Positions 31,026 through 41,340 of a stretch of 64,000 bases of DNA are shown here, in pieces (position 1 is the stretch's first letter; each line of letters starts with the position of its first letter). The stretch spans positions 96,001-160,000 of the forward strand of contig JANZKC010000003.1 in NCBI GenBank assembly GCA_025061115.1, written 5' to 3'. Under the pieces are notes generated by a model. It searched no databases, was not told where the DNA came from, and saw only the letters and a list, made by a program, of their open reading frames with translations. This DNA comes from Candidatus Culexmicrobium cathedralense (GTDB taxonomy: Archaea > Thermoproteota > Methanomethylicia > Culexarchaeales > Culexmicrobiaceae). The position numbers and the translations under genes are program-made.

Positions 31026-33002
31026 TTAATCACTTTTTGTTAATAGTGCTTTAACTGCTGCTACTATGGATTCATCAGAAAATTGTTTTTGCTTGATTGC
31101 TCCGGAGGGGCATGCTGCTGCGCAAACTCCGCATCCTCTACATAATGCAATGTCAAGTTTAGCTACTCCTTCATCAACGTCTATTTCAATAGCTTTGAAG
31201 GGACATGCTGCTGCGCATATTCCGCAACCACTGCACTTTGATTCGTCAATTTCAACCGTAAATGGTTCAATTTCAACTTCGCCTGGAGCTAGTAGAGCTA
31301 TTGCTGCTGCAGCTGCGCCTGCTGCTTGAGCTACGCTATCTGGGATATCCTTTAATCCTTGAGCGCACCCGCAAATGAAAACTCCAGTTACCGCTGTTTC
31401 AACTGGTTTAAGCTTTGGGTGGAGTTCAAGAAGGAAGCCATCTGAACTTCTAGGTAGTTTGAGAAGTGAAATTATTTTTTCAGAATTTGCATTTGGTACT
31501 AATCCGGTTTCTAAAACAACTAGGTCAACTGCGAATCTATATAGCTCATTCGCGTTGATGTCAAAAACGTCAAAAGTTACTTTTCCATTTTCCTCTTTTA
31601 TCTCCATAGGTTTGCCTTTGACTAGGTAGACGTTCTCCATTGACCTAATTCGCCGATAGAATTCTTCAAATCCTTTTCCAGCAGCTCTAATGTCCGTGTA
31701 GAATACGTATACCTTGGAGTTTGGGAGCGATGAAGCTATGTAGTACGCATGCTTCAGTCCAGCCATGCAGCCGACTTTACAGCAATAATTCAAATGTCTT
31801 TCGTCTCTAGAGCCAGCGCAGAGTATTATTGCAACTGACTTTGGAGGTTTTCCTGTTGAAGGGCGTATTATTTTTCCTCTTGTTGGGCCTTCAGCTGATG
31901 AAAGCCTTTCTAACTCCATTCCAGTTATTACGTCTCTAATTTTGCCATAACCATATTCCTCAAGTCGCTTAGGATCGTAGATTTCATATCCAGTTGCAAT
32001 TATTATTGCTCCAACATTCAGCTCAATTATCTCCTCCTCCATTTCATGGTCAATAGCTCCTGCAGGGCAGGCTTTGACACATAGCTGACAGGTTTTCCTA
32101 GTTAGATACAGGCAGTGCTTGGGGTCAATGACATACGTGTTTGGAACCGACTGGGAAAATGGTCTGTATATTGCCTTCCTTGTAGACATGCCGTAATTAA
32201 ACTCGTCTGGAACTTTTACTGGGCATACTTTAGCGCACTCACCGCATCCAATGCACTTATCTTCCTTAACGTATCTAGGCTTTCGTAGGACTTTGACTTT
32301 GAAGTCTCCAGCTCTGCCTTCAACTTCAATTACCTCTGAGTACGTCATTAGCTTTATGTTTGGGTGTCTTGCAACTTCATTCATTAGTGGAGTTAAAATG
32401 CATAAGGAGCAATCTAAAGTTGGAAATGTCTTATCTAATTTAGCCATTTGACCTCCAATTGTGGGCTCCTTCTCCACCAAATAGACTTTAAATCCAGCCT
32501 TTGCAAGGTCGAGGGATGCTCTTATTCCAGCAATTCCTCCGCCAACAACTAGAACTTCTTTTCTAGCAGGTAAGCGCAAGCGCTCTATAGCCTCATAAAA
32601 TGAAACTCTAGCAACTGCTGCTCTAATAAGCTCGATAGCCTTTGCGGTAGCCTCTTCCGGATTATCATAGTGAACCCAAGAACACTGCTCCCTAATATTT
32701 GCGATTTCAAGCAAATATGGATTTAGACCTGCATCTTCAAGTGCATGTCTAAAAGTTTCCTCATGCATTCTCGGAGAGCATGCCGCTACAACGACTCTAT
32801 CGATCATTCCGCTTTTAACATCGTTGATGATTAAGCTTTGACCCGATTTGGAGCACATGAATGGATAATGCCTAACTACATTCACGTTAAGCATTTTCGA
32901 AACTTCGCTTGCTACCTTTTCTACATCTATAACTCCAGCAATATTCTTTCCGCAATGGCAGATATACACGCCTATCTTCAAGCGAGCTCCCTCAGCACTC
33001 AA
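31026..33002 (-). CDS. hdrA: heterodisulfide reductase subunit A
   Basis: GVYICHCG.NI, AACSP..HE, NIREQCSWVH, GGGIAG, LDKTFPTLDCS.CIL, inserted and C-terminal ferredoxin domains, GCAQG.KDIPDSVAQA. Confidence 0.95.
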   Translation of the reverse strand: MSAEGARLKIGVYICHCGKNIAGVIDVEKVASEVSKMLNVNVVRHYPFMCSKSGQSLIINDVKSGMIDRVVVAACSPRMHEETFRHALEDAGLNPYLLEIANIREQCSWVHYDNPEEATAKAIELIRAAVARVSFYEAIERLRLPARKEVLVVGGGIAGIRASLDLAKAGFKVYLVEKEPTIGGQMAKLDKTFPTLDCSLCILTPLMNEVARHPNIKLMTYSEVIEVEGRAGDFKVKVLRKPRYVKEDKCIGCGECAKVCPVKVPDEFNYGMSTRKAIYRPFSQSVPNTYVIDPKHCLYLTRKTCQLCVKACPAGAIDHEMEEEIIELNVGAIIIATGYEIYDPKRLEEYGYGKIRDVITGMELERLSSAEGPTRGKIIRPSTGKPPKSVAIILCAGSRDERHLNYCCKVGCMAGLKHAYYIASSLPNSKVYVFYTDIRAAGKGFEEFYRRIRSMENVYLVKGKPMEIKEENGKVTFDVFDINANELYRFAVDLVVLETGLVPNANSEKIISLLKLPRSSDGFLLELHPKLKPVETAVTGVFICGCAQGLKDIPDSVAQAAGAAAAAIALLAPGEVEIEPFTVEIDESKCSGCGICAAACPFKAIEIDVDEGVAKLDIALCRGCGVCAAACPSGAIKQKQFSDESIVAAVKALLTKSD

Positions 33003-33185
33003 TAAATTTCGTGGATTATCTATTAAGCTCTGCGGTCTTACATAATTCTACAAATTGCATTTTTAATTCTCACTGGTGAGGTTTCTTGGGGATGGCGAGC
33101 AATTTTATATTGAACATGTAAATTTTAAATAAACGTGAAAAGAATATTTAAATGACCTCTGTATAAAGTTTCGATTGGTGATTTC

Positions 33186-34409
33186 ATGGCAGCAGTTAAG
33201 TATGGAAATCTCATAGCCGTGGCAGTGATATCATTAATTGTAGGCGCCGCTATTTCCTACGCTTTAATTCCGCCAAGAATTGTAGAGAAGCCCGTTACTG
33301 TTCCAGTGGAGAGAGGACTTAAGGCTGCTTGGATTTACGTTGGACCAGTTGGTGACTTTGGCTGGACCCATGCACACGATGTTGGTAGGCGCTATGTTGA
33401 AAACAAGTTCAGTTGGCTAAATACGACTAAGATTGAGGAGGTTGAGGCAGGGGAAGTTGAAGCAGTTGTTGAAATGCTCGTGCAGCAAGGTTATAATGTT
33501 ATATTTACAACTAGCTTCGAATTCATGAACCCAACGATAAAGGCTGCTAAAAAGTATCCTGATGTCATATTCTTCCATTGCGCAGGCTGTATGAGGGCGC
33601 CTAACGTTGGAACTTACTTCGCTGAATTTTACCAGTTATACTACCTAAATGGATTGATGGCTGGAGCTCTAACTAAGACAAATAAGGTGGGTTACGTAGC
33701 TGCACACCCAATTCCTGAAGTTATAAGGCACATCAATGCTTTTGCTCTCGGTGTAAAGGAAGTAAATCCGGATGCAAAGGTCCACGTAGTTTGGATAAAT
33801 GCGTGGTATGATCCGCAGTTAGCTAGGGAGGCTGCCGAAGCACTTATAGCCGAAGGGTGTGACGTGCTTGCTTTCACTGAAGATTCTCCGACTGTTGTTG
33901 AGGTTGCTCAAGAACACTACGATTTAGGCGAGCCAGTATACGTGTTCGCCCACTATAGTCCAATGCTATCCTTCGGTAAAGATGTTTGTGTTAGCGGTCA
34001 GCTAGTGCATTGGGAGGTAATATATGAAGACATCATTGCTAAGGTCTATGCTGGAGCATACAACACAACCAACCTTGAAAACGTGGATTACTGGTGGATG
34101 TTAAGGGAAGGCGCAGTTGAACTTGGAGCCGACTTTGGAGTGCCAATAAATCCAAAGTTCATTCCAGTGCTTCAGGAAAAGGTGATTGACCACCCAGAGT
34201 TTGGAGAAATAAGCGTGTATGACCTAGTAATGAAGAGACTTGAACAGATGAGCGAACCTACAGTGATATTCGACCCATTCACCGGCCCAATCTATGATCA
34301 AAATGGAGTTCTACGCATACCTGCAGGACAAAGAGCCAGCCACGATGAACTATGGACGATGAACTGGTTCGTCGACAACGTGGTTGGAACTATTCCATCG
34401 GGAGGCTAA
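33186..34409 (+). CDS. BMP family ABC transporter substrate-binding protein (nucleoside/purine-type)
   Basis: N-terminal TM anchor; YVGPVGDFGWTHAHD.GR, IPEVIRHINAF.LG, WYDP..AREAA. Confidence 0.9.
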   Translation: MAAVKYGNLIAVAVISLIVGAAISYALIPPRIVEKPVTVPVERGLKAAWIYVGPVGDFGWTHAHDVGRRYVENKFSWLNTTKIEEVEAGEVEAVVEMLVQQGYNVIFTTSFEFMNPTIKAAKKYPDVIFFHCAGCMRAPNVGTYFAEFYQLYYLNGLMAGALTKTNKVGYVAAHPIPEVIRHINAFALGVKEVNPDAKVHVVWINAWYDPQLAREAAEALIAEGCDVLAFTEDSPTVVEVAQEHYDLGEPVYVFAHYSPMLSFGKDVCVSGQLVHWEVIYEDIIAKVYAGAYNTTNLENVDYWWMLREGAVELGADFGVPINPKFIPVLQEKVIDHPEFGEISVYDLVMKRLEQMSEPTVIFDPFTGPIYDQNGVLRIPAGQRASHDELWTMNWFVDNVVGTIPSGG

Positions 34410-34443
34410 ACCCTACCCTTATTTTATTTGGGGGATATCCTGC

Positions 34444-35994
34444 TTGAATCTGAATTTAAATCAAATTTCATATTCATCAAATGAAAATACAGAATATGTA
34501 GTTGAAATGAAGGGCATAGTTAAGCGTTTTTTCAATGTAATTGCAAATGATCATATAGATTTCAAACTTAGGCGAGGAGAAATTCACGCGCTTCTAGGTG
34601 AAAATGGAGCTGGAAAAACTACTTTAATGAACATTCTATATGGAATTTATACTCCAGATGAGGGAGAAATCTACGTTAATGGTAGGCTGGTTGAAATTAA
34701 AACTCCGAGAGATGCAATTAAGCTTGGAATTGGAATGGTTCATCAGCACTTCATGCTTGTCGAAACATTAACAGTAGCTGAAAATTTAGCACTTGAACTT
34801 GAAACCAGCTTCCTAAATCCCACTGAGGAAGTTAGGTTGAAAGTGGAGGAGATCATGGAAAAGTATGGGTTAAAGGTGAACTTAGATGCTAAAGTTTGGC
34901 AATTATCCACTGGGGAAAAGCAAAGAATTGAAATTCTAAAAGCAATTTGCAGGGGGGCCAATATACTAATACTCGATGAGCCAACATCAGTTTTAACTCC
35001 TGGGGAAGTGCGAGAGCTATTCAAATTCTTGAAGCGAATGGCTAGTGAAGGAAAGTCAATAATATTTGTAACTCATAAGTTGAAGGAAGTTATGGAAATC
35101 AGCGACCGCGTGACCGTATTGAGGAAAGGCAAAGTTGTAGGGATATTGGATACTTCCAAGACAAACGAATATGAATTAGCTAAATTAATGGTTGGAAGAG
35201 AAGTCATATTTGAGCTTGAAAAGGCACCTTCCAAGCTTTCCGATCCTCAACTTGTAGTTGAGAAGCTAAATGTATTGAATGATAGAGGTCAACTTGCTGT
35301 TAAAGATGTTTCTTTTGAAGTTAGGGGCGGAGAAATTTATGGCATTGCAGGAGTTGCAGGTAATGGCCAAAAAGAGCTTGTTGAGGCCATAACTGGATTA
35401 AGAAGAGTTGTTTCTGGCAAGATCTACATTGGCGGTGTAGATGCAACTAATAGAGGACCTAGCGCCGTCAGAAGAATGGGAGTTGCCTTTATTCCTGAAG
35501 ATAGGAAAATGGGCTTTGTTCCAAGCATGAGCGTAGCTGAGAATTTAGTTTTAAAGCGGTATAGGGAAAGTCCATTTTCTAATCGCTTCTTCCTAAACTA
35601 CGATGCAATTCAGCTTTATGCGAAGAAGCTCATTGAAGAATATAAAATAGACACTCCAAGTGAAAGGTCGCCAGCCAAGCTACTTTCAGGAGGTAATGTT
35701 CAAAGGATGATTTTGGCAAGGGAACTTTCGAATGGAAGTGAAGTTATAATTGCAGTTCACCCGACATATGGCTTGGATGTAGGGTCAACCGAATATGTTA
35801 GACGGCTTTTATTGAAGAGGAGGAGTGAAGGTGCAGCAATTCTTCTAGTCTCCGAAGACTTAGATGAAATTTTAAGTTTAAGTGATAGAATAGCAGTGAT
35901 GTTTGAAGGTAAAATAGTTGGCGAACTTCCTTGCGAGAAAGCTGATATAGAAACTTTGGGGCTAATGATGTCAGGAGCATATGCGAGGCGTTGA
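34444..35994 (+). CDS. ABC transporter ATP-binding protein (tandem NBD, NupA/CUT2-type)
   Basis: GENGAGKT, LSTGEKQR, ILDEPT, LSGGNVQR. Start probably TTG 34444; the ORF-track start overlaps the BMP gene. Confidence 0.92.
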   Translation: MNLNLNQISYSSNENTEYVVEMKGIVKRFFNVIANDHIDFKLRRGEIHALLGENGAGKTTLMNILYGIYTPDEGEIYVNGRLVEIKTPRDAIKLGIGMVHQHFMLVETLTVAENLALELETSFLNPTEEVRLKVEEIMEKYGLKVNLDAKVWQLSTGEKQRIEILKAICRGANILILDEPTSVLTPGEVRELFKFLKRMASEGKSIIFVTHKLKEVMEISDRVTVLRKGKVVGILDTSKTNEYELAKLMVGREVIFELEKAPSKLSDPQLVVEKLNVLNDRGQLAVKDVSFEVRGGEIYGIAGVAGNGQKELVEAITGLRRVVSGKIYIGGVDATNRGPSAVRRMGVAFIPEDRKMGFVPSMSVAENLVLKRYRESPFSNRFFLNYDAIQLYAKKLIEEYKIDTPSERSPAKLLSGGNVQRMILARELSNGSEVIIAVHPTYGLDVGSTEYVRRLLLKRRSEGAAILLVSEDLDEILSLSDRIAVMFEGKIVGELPCEKADIETLGLMMSGAYARR

Positions 35995-37082
35995 AGTTGA
36001 TTGAAATTAAGCTGGAGAAGAGGCCTCTACCTTCAAGGATTGAGGCTTTCACTTACTCGGTAATATCTGTAGTCTTCGCTTTAGCTGTTAGCGGCGCTAT
36101 TTTAAAAGTTTATGGAGTGGATCCTGTAAGTGCATACGGGATTATTGTATTTCACGTATTTGGAAGTCTTCCAGGCATCTCAGAGACCATCGTCAAGTTA
36201 ATTCCATTAACGCTTTGCGGCGTTGGGTTAACGGTTGCTTTTAGAGCTAGATTATGGAATATTGGCGCGGAAGGTCAGCTCCTTTTGGGAGCAATAGCTG
36301 CAACTGGAGTTGCCCTATTTAGCGGAGATTTGCCATCCTACGTGTTAATTCCATTAATGTTTCTTGCAGGATTCTTGGCAGGCGCACTTTGGGGGGCAAT
36401 TCCAGCATTACTGAAAGCTGTTTTAAATGTCAATGAGGTGATTGTCACGACTATGATGAATTATATTGCAATAGAGCTAGTTAGATACTTAATATACGGG
36501 CCTTGGAGGGGGGCAAAGGAGTGGGGTTACCCCATCACTGATGAAATACCAGATGCAGCTAAACTGATTTGCATTCCAGGAACTAGAATTCACATTGCAA
36601 CGCTAGCAATTGCTGTGGCATCAGTCATCCTAATTTACATTTTAATAACAAGGACGACTTTCGGCTTTGAACTTCGAGTTGTAGGTGGAAATCCTGAAGC
36701 TGCTAAATACGCGGGTGTTAGTTATCTTAAGATTGTCCTATTGTCAATGATAATAAGTGGCGGACTTGCTGGTTTGGCTGGGACTGGAGAAATTGCAGGA
36801 ATACACTATAGGTTACGATATCCCGAGAGCATTTCCATGGGTTATGGCTTCACGGCCATAATTGTTGCTTGGCTGGCCAGGCTAAATCCATTGCTGGTTT
36901 TAGTCACTTCTATTTTCTTTGGAGGTCTACTTGTCGGAGGATATGTTATGAAAATAATGCTAGGGCTTCCCGTCGCAATGGTCAATATATTTAATGGTTC
37001 AACGCTTATGTCCCTGCTATTATGCGAGCTTTTGCTACAATATAAGATCAAATTCATAGTGAAGAGGAGGGAGATGCATTGA
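35991..37082 (+). CDS. ABC transporter permease
   Basis: WNIGAEGQ, NEVIVT.MMNYIA, GYGFTAIIVAWLA. Confidence 0.92.
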   Translation: MKLIEIKLEKRPLPSRIEAFTYSVISVVFALAVSGAILKVYGVDPVSAYGIIVFHVFGSLPGISETIVKLIPLTLCGVGLTVAFRARLWNIGAEGQLLLGAIAATGVALFSGDLPSYVLIPLMFLAGFLAGALWGAIPALLKAVLNVNEVIVTTMMNYIAIELVRYLIYGPWRGAKEWGYPITDEIPDAAKLICIPGTRIHIATLAIAVASVILIYILITRTTFGFELRVVGGNPEAAKYAGVSYLKIVLLSMIISGGLAGLAGTGEIAGIHYRLRYPESISMGYGFTAIIVAWLARLNPLLVLVTSIFFGGLLVGGYVMKIMLGLPVAMVNIFNGSTLMSLLLCELLLQYKIKFIVKRREMH

Positions 37083-38011
37083 GCTGGCAGGTTTATCTTG
37101 GAGATCTGCTTTACTCGATGATAAGGGCGGGTACTCCGCTGCTTCTTGGAACTTTGGGTGAGATCTATGCTGAAAGAGCTGGCGTGCTTAATTTGGGAGT
37201 TGAGGGAATGGTCATTGTCGGGGCAGTAACCGGCTATGTCGTAACGCTTTCAACTGGAAATCCATGGCTTGGAGTTCTTGCTGCTGCAATTTCTGGGGGG
37301 GCACTATCTCTGATTCATGCTTTCTTAAGCATAACCTTGAGAGCAAACCAAGTGGTTTCAGGGTTAGCTCTAACCATGCTTGGGCTGGGGTTAAGTTCAA
37401 TTATAGGCAGAATTTTTATCGGAATTCCCCTGCCATCATCTATAACTCCAATCGAGATCCCCATTCTAAGTAAAGTGCCAATTATCGGTCAAGCCCTTTT
37501 CAGTCATGACCCCCTCGTGTACTTCTCAATGCTCTTAGCTCCAATTATGTGGTTCGTATTATATAAGACTAGAATTGGAATAAAAATTAGGGCTGTAGGC
37601 GAAAATCCTGCAGCGGCTGACGCAGCCGGCATAAACGTGTACATGATAAGGTACATCTGCGTTTTCATCGGAGGATTACTTTCAGGACTTGCTGGAGCAT
37701 ATCTCTCTGAATCCTATACGCCAGCTTGGATTGAAAATCTCACAGCTGGAACTGGCTGGATTATTGTTGGCTTAACGATCTTTGCGCTTTGGAACCCAAT
37801 TAGGGCTATGCTTGGCTCATATCTGTTTGGAGGAGTTAGGGTGCTCCAGTTTAGACTTCAACCTCTTGGCATTTCACCTAACCTGCTGGCAATGCTCCCA
37901 TACATTTCCACAATAGTTGTATTACTTATCGGAGTTAAAGAAACTCTTAGGAAGCGAATTGGAGCGCCTTCAGCTTTGGGAGTGCCGTATGTAAGGGAGG
38001 AGCGGGAGTAG
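37079..38011 (+). CDS. ABC transporter permease
   Basis: ERAGVLNLGVEG, ANQVVSG, RAVGENP.AA, P.ALG.PY.RE. Confidence 0.92.
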   Translation: MSWQVYLGDLLYSMIRAGTPLLLGTLGEIYAERAGVLNLGVEGMVIVGAVTGYVVTLSTGNPWLGVLAAAISGGALSLIHAFLSITLRANQVVSGLALTMLGLGLSSIIGRIFIGIPLPSSITPIEIPILSKVPIIGQALFSHDPLVYFSMLLAPIMWFVLYKTRIGIKIRAVGENPAAADAAGINVYMIRYICVFIGGLLSGLAGAYLSESYTPAWIENLTAGTGWIIVGLTIFALWNPIRAMLGSYLFGGVRVLQFRLQPLGISPNLLAMLPYISTIVVLLIGVKETLRKRIGAPSALGVPYVREERE

Positions 38012-38021
38012 TTTAATAATA

Positions 38022-38456
38022 TTAAATGCCGGCAAAAGGTAAGATTGCGCCAAATTGGAAAGCGATGAAATATGCAAATAAGCTTGCCATTAATAAGGCT
38101 GATGCCAAATCGCTTCTTGCAATTCTGTCTCTTAAGAATAAGTAGTAATTAGTGAAAAATTCAACTACAAATGAAGCTGCAATATAGGTTAACGCCACTG
38201 CTATTAAGTAAGCGTAAATTGAAGTCATGTAAATTGGAATTGCAATTTGAGTTAACCATATAGCTTGCATAATTACTATGAAAAGCAAAGTACTTATTAG
38301 ATTTGAGAGTAATGCTTGAATAGTATACTTGATGTTTCTAACCGGTTTTCCAAAAAGCATGAATAGCATTATAATTTTAACAATTGAAGTAATGGCATAT
38401 AGAAATGCGAAGTCCTTAATAATTTCACCTATCAATATGTGGTGGGCTGTTTGCAA
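38022..38456 (-). CDS. hypothetical membrane protein (about 4 TM)
   Basis: Strongly hydrophobic 144-aa ORF. Confidence 0.6.
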   Translation of the reverse strand: MQTAHHILIGEIIKDFAFLYAITSIVKIIMLFMLFGKPVRNIKYTIQALLSNLISTLLFIVIMQAIWLTQIAIPIYMTSIYAYLIAVALTYIAASFVVEFFTNYYLFLRDRIARSDLASALLMASLFAYFIAFQFGAILPFAGI

Positions 38457-38497
38457 AGCTAAATCCCAACATATCTTAAGAAACGGTTCTTATCAAT

Positions 38498-39007
38498 TTA
38501 TTGCTCCTCAAATTTTAATGCTACTTTCAGCGCATTCTCTCTTAAAGCTTTTTCAAACTTGTCAATAACCTTACCAGCTTCGAAATAGTCTTGATAATCA
38601 GATGTTATGTGATATTTTCCATCCAAATTTAATGTAACTAGCATTCCAACCTGCTCTCCTTCATACTTGAATTGGATGTCGAATGAAATGCAAGTTACAA
38701 GCGCATCTAGAGGAGCATAACTACTTAATATTTCAAGTGCTTTCCAAAACCTATCTTCCGTATATTTTTCTCTACAATCCAAGTATATCATGAAGCCCGC
38801 ATAGCCTCCATTTGTGAGTGGATTGGTGAATTCCTCAATTAACTTATCCTCGAATTCACTCACCGCGCAAGACAAGTAGATCATTATCCATTGAAGGTCT
38901 CCCGTTAAGTGAATTGCCTTTGCTATGAGTTCAAAGATATTTTCCACGCGCAATTTTATCCACAAATTAATTGTCATTTTGAGCTTCATTAACCTTCCTA
39001 TCTGCAT
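38498..39007 (-). CDS. hypothetical protein (true start probably a few codons downstream, near 38977-38989)
   Basis: Open frame overlapping the comB stop; no family recognised. Confidence 0.55.
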   Translation of the reverse strand: MQIGRLMKLKMTINLWIKLRVENIFELIAKAIHLTGDLQWIMIYLSCAVSEFEDKLIEEFTNPLTNGGYAGFMIYLDCREKYTEDRFWKALEILSSYAPLDALVTCISFDIQFKYEGEQVGMLVTLNLDGKYHITSDYQDYFEAGKVIDKFEKALRENALKVALKFEEQ

Positions 39008-39710
39008 CTCTTAAGCTTGTAATTCTCAAATTGGAAATAAATCCATTCTCAACCCACACTGGGACAATGTTAATTGTATCTATGTTTCCGCAATAAATTA
39101 CGTCATCTTTATAGCCGATGCTTGACAAGTACCTTCCAGATGGAGTTAGGAGTAGAACTTTCTTAATTAGTGAAGGGTTGGGGGGTTCAGCTAATTCGCC
39201 ATTTAATAGTGCTTGAATTATTTCAGCACAAAGAAGGTCATCAGAGCATGGTGCGCCATACCTTCCAGCGTGAACTATTGATATATCTGTATTCATCTCA
39301 TCTGCCTTTTCATTTGCATATTTTACTAGGCTACTGATGTTTAAGTAGCATCCAAGCATTAAGAGACGAGCTTTTCTTGCAACTTCAATAAGAGGCGCGC
39401 AATTACTGCTAGTGAAAATTACAGTTTTACCCTTTATAACGTTCTTATTATACTCGAGCGGTGAATTGCCAAGTGCAAATCCTTTTATTTTCAATCCCCT
39501 TCTTTCACCAGCTAAAATGCTATTTCCATAGATTTTAGAGAGCCTAAAAGCTTCCTCAACCTCCTTGACGACGATAACCTTTTCAGCTCCATTATTTAAG
39601 GCAGTTGTTATAGTGCTTGAAGCTCTAAGCACGTCAACTGCAATTATTATATCTCCTCTACTAACTGCCTCAATTGCACCATTAATGCCGAAAAGCACGT
39701 TGACCTTCAT
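38967..39710 (-). CDS. comB: 2-phosphosulfolactate phosphatase
   Basis: VDVLRASSTI..AL..GA, LAGER.G.KI.GF.LGNSP.E, TSSN, DD..CA. Confidence 0.88.
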   Translation of the reverse strand: MKVNVLFGINGAIEAVSRGDIIIAVDVLRASSTITTALNNGAEKVIVVKEVEEAFRLSKIYGNSILAGERRGLKIKGFALGNSPLEYNKNVIKGKTVIFTSSNCAPLIEVARKARLLMLGCYLNISSLVKYANEKADEMNTDISIVHAGRYGAPCSDDLLCAEIIQALLNGELAEPPNPSLIKKVLLLTPSGRYLSSIGYKDDVIYCGNIDTINIVPVWVENGFISNLRITSLRDADRKVNEAQNDN

Positions 39711-39782
39711 GTTCTCACAGCCAAACTAATCTTAACATAAATTTATTAAATATTGTAGCCAACGATTAGTGGGTGAAACTGT

Positions 39783-40295
39783 TTGGCCAAAAAATCGACT
39801 TGGCTTGAAAAACTAGAAACAATAATTCCTGGATTTAGCGGTTACAAGAAGAAGGAACTGGCTAGAGAAGACGACAGGCTATTGAGAGATTATGTATGTA
39901 AAGTTCTCAACGACGCTAGAACGAAAATCGAGGAAGCTGCTGCAGCAATTGTTGAGTTAGACTTCAGCTTAGCTAAAAGGCTCAACAACATTGCTTCAAT
40001 TATAAGGTACTCTGCAGATAAAGTCAAATTTGCCGAAGCAGGATATGCTTCGCATTACTACAGGGTTAAAGTTGAGCTTGAAACTCTAGAAAAGATTAAG
40101 GAGGTTGATAACGAACTCATTGGTTCTGCAGAGAAAATTAGGGAGTTAGCCTCAGAAATTGCTAAAATAGCTCCTATCGCTCAAATTCCAAGCGATAAGC
40201 TAACGCGATTAGCTGAAGAGCTGGGCAGGATCGATGATATTTTGAACCGAAGGCTTAATGTACTTAGAGGGTGGAGTAGTGAAAGTGAGAGTTGA
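39783..40295 (+). CDS. conserved alpha-helical hypothetical protein, first gene of the SPFH operon
   Basis: IPGFSGY...E..REDDRLLR motif, heptad-rich helices, GGTGA RBS. Confidence 0.75.
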   Translation: MAKKSTWLEKLETIIPGFSGYKKKELAREDDRLLRDYVCKVLNDARTKIEEAAAAIVELDFSLAKRLNNIASIIRYSADKVKFAEAGYASHYYRVKVELETLEKIKEVDNELIGSAEKIRELASEIAKIAPIAQIPSDKLTRLAEELGRIDDILNRRLNVLRGWSSESES

Positions 40296-40303
40296 GGTGA
40301 AAC

Positions 40304-41326
40304 TTGTTGATAGATATTATTGGAAAAGGAATGGGTAAAATTGCGAGAAAGGTCAGCGGCCTGCAGCCTAAGGTGATTGAGTGGATAAACCCATCTGAAG
40401 ATGAAATTGTTTGGCGCTATCCTGACGAAGTCATTCCTTGGGGAAGTGTTGTAATTGTTAAGGAGTTCGAGTCCGCGATTTTCTATAGGGATGGTAAAGT
40501 TTACGGAGTTTTAGGCGCAGGAAGGCATATACTAGACACTCAAAACGTGCCGTTCTTGAAAGGGCTAGTTGAAGGGCTTTATGGAGAGAGCATATTTAAG
40601 TCGATGATAATATTCGTATCTCTAAGGAGATTTCAGGGCAAATTTGGCGGAAGAACGCAAACTATAGAACTTGCACCGCTCCTATTTCACGGTAGCTTCT
40701 ATTTTAGAGTTGAAGATCCATCAATGTTCGTTAATAAAATAGTAGGTCCTCAAAGCGCCTATACGACTGAAGAGCTGAACAAGTACTTAAGAGGATACTT
40801 TAATGAGAAGGTAATGTCGTACATGAGCAAGTACAGCATTCAAGACGTGTACGTTAAGCAGACTGAAGTAACCGAGAAACTAACGATAATGCTGAGAAAG
40901 GATTTCAAAGAGCTTGGAATAGCTTTGGAGAAAGTCGTATTTGAGGGAATTGACACTGAAGGCGAGTGGCGGGATAGGCTGTTCTGGATAATGAAGGGTG
41001 GAGTTCAAACTGGATACGTGCTTCAAATGGAAACAGCGAAGGAAGTTGCAAAAGAGCTTGGCAAAAGTCCTGGAGCTGCTATTGGAACTGGCATAGTAAT
41101 GATTCCACCATTGCTTCAACCGCCGCCACCAGTCAAACCTCAGCAGCCAGCAGCTACTACTGCAGCCCCGTCATATCAACCCATATGCCCATACTGCGGT
41201 AAACCCGTACCATTTGGAGCAAAGTTTTGTCCACACTGTGGAAAGCAAGTAAAGTGGTGCTCTAAGGGTCATCTAGCATCCTCCGAGGCAAAGTACTGCT
41301 CAATATGCGGTGAACCCATCGCATAA
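40304..41326 (+). CDS. SPFH/band-7 domain protein with Pro-rich linker and C-terminal double zinc ribbon (YdjI-like)
   Basis: IVWRYP...I.WGS.VIV.E.E.A.F.RDGK....GAGRH.L.T.N.P; PPLLQPPPP; CPYCG..KFCPHCG..C..GH..KYCSICG. Confidence 0.88.
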   Translation: MLIDIIGKGMGKIARKVSGLQPKVIEWINPSEDEIVWRYPDEVIPWGSVVIVKEFESAIFYRDGKVYGVLGAGRHILDTQNVPFLKGLVEGLYGESIFKSMIIFVSLRRFQGKFGGRTQTIELAPLLFHGSFYFRVEDPSMFVNKIVGPQSAYTTEELNKYLRGYFNEKVMSYMSKYSIQDVYVKQTEVTEKLTIMLRKDFKELGIALEKVVFEGIDTEGEWRDRLFWIMKGGVQTGYVLQMETAKEVAKELGKSPGAAIGTGIVMIPPLLQPPPPVKPQQPAATTAAPSYQPICPYCGKPVPFGAKFCPHCGKQVKWCSKGHLASSEAKYCSICGEPIA

Positions 41327-41340
41327 GCGCGGGAGCGCTT

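Noticed and set aside
31296-31330. GCT/GCA-rich repeat in hdrA (also the Gly run in DUF917)
   Set aside because: Encodes ordinary Ala-rich helix or family Gly motif, not a DNA repeat element.
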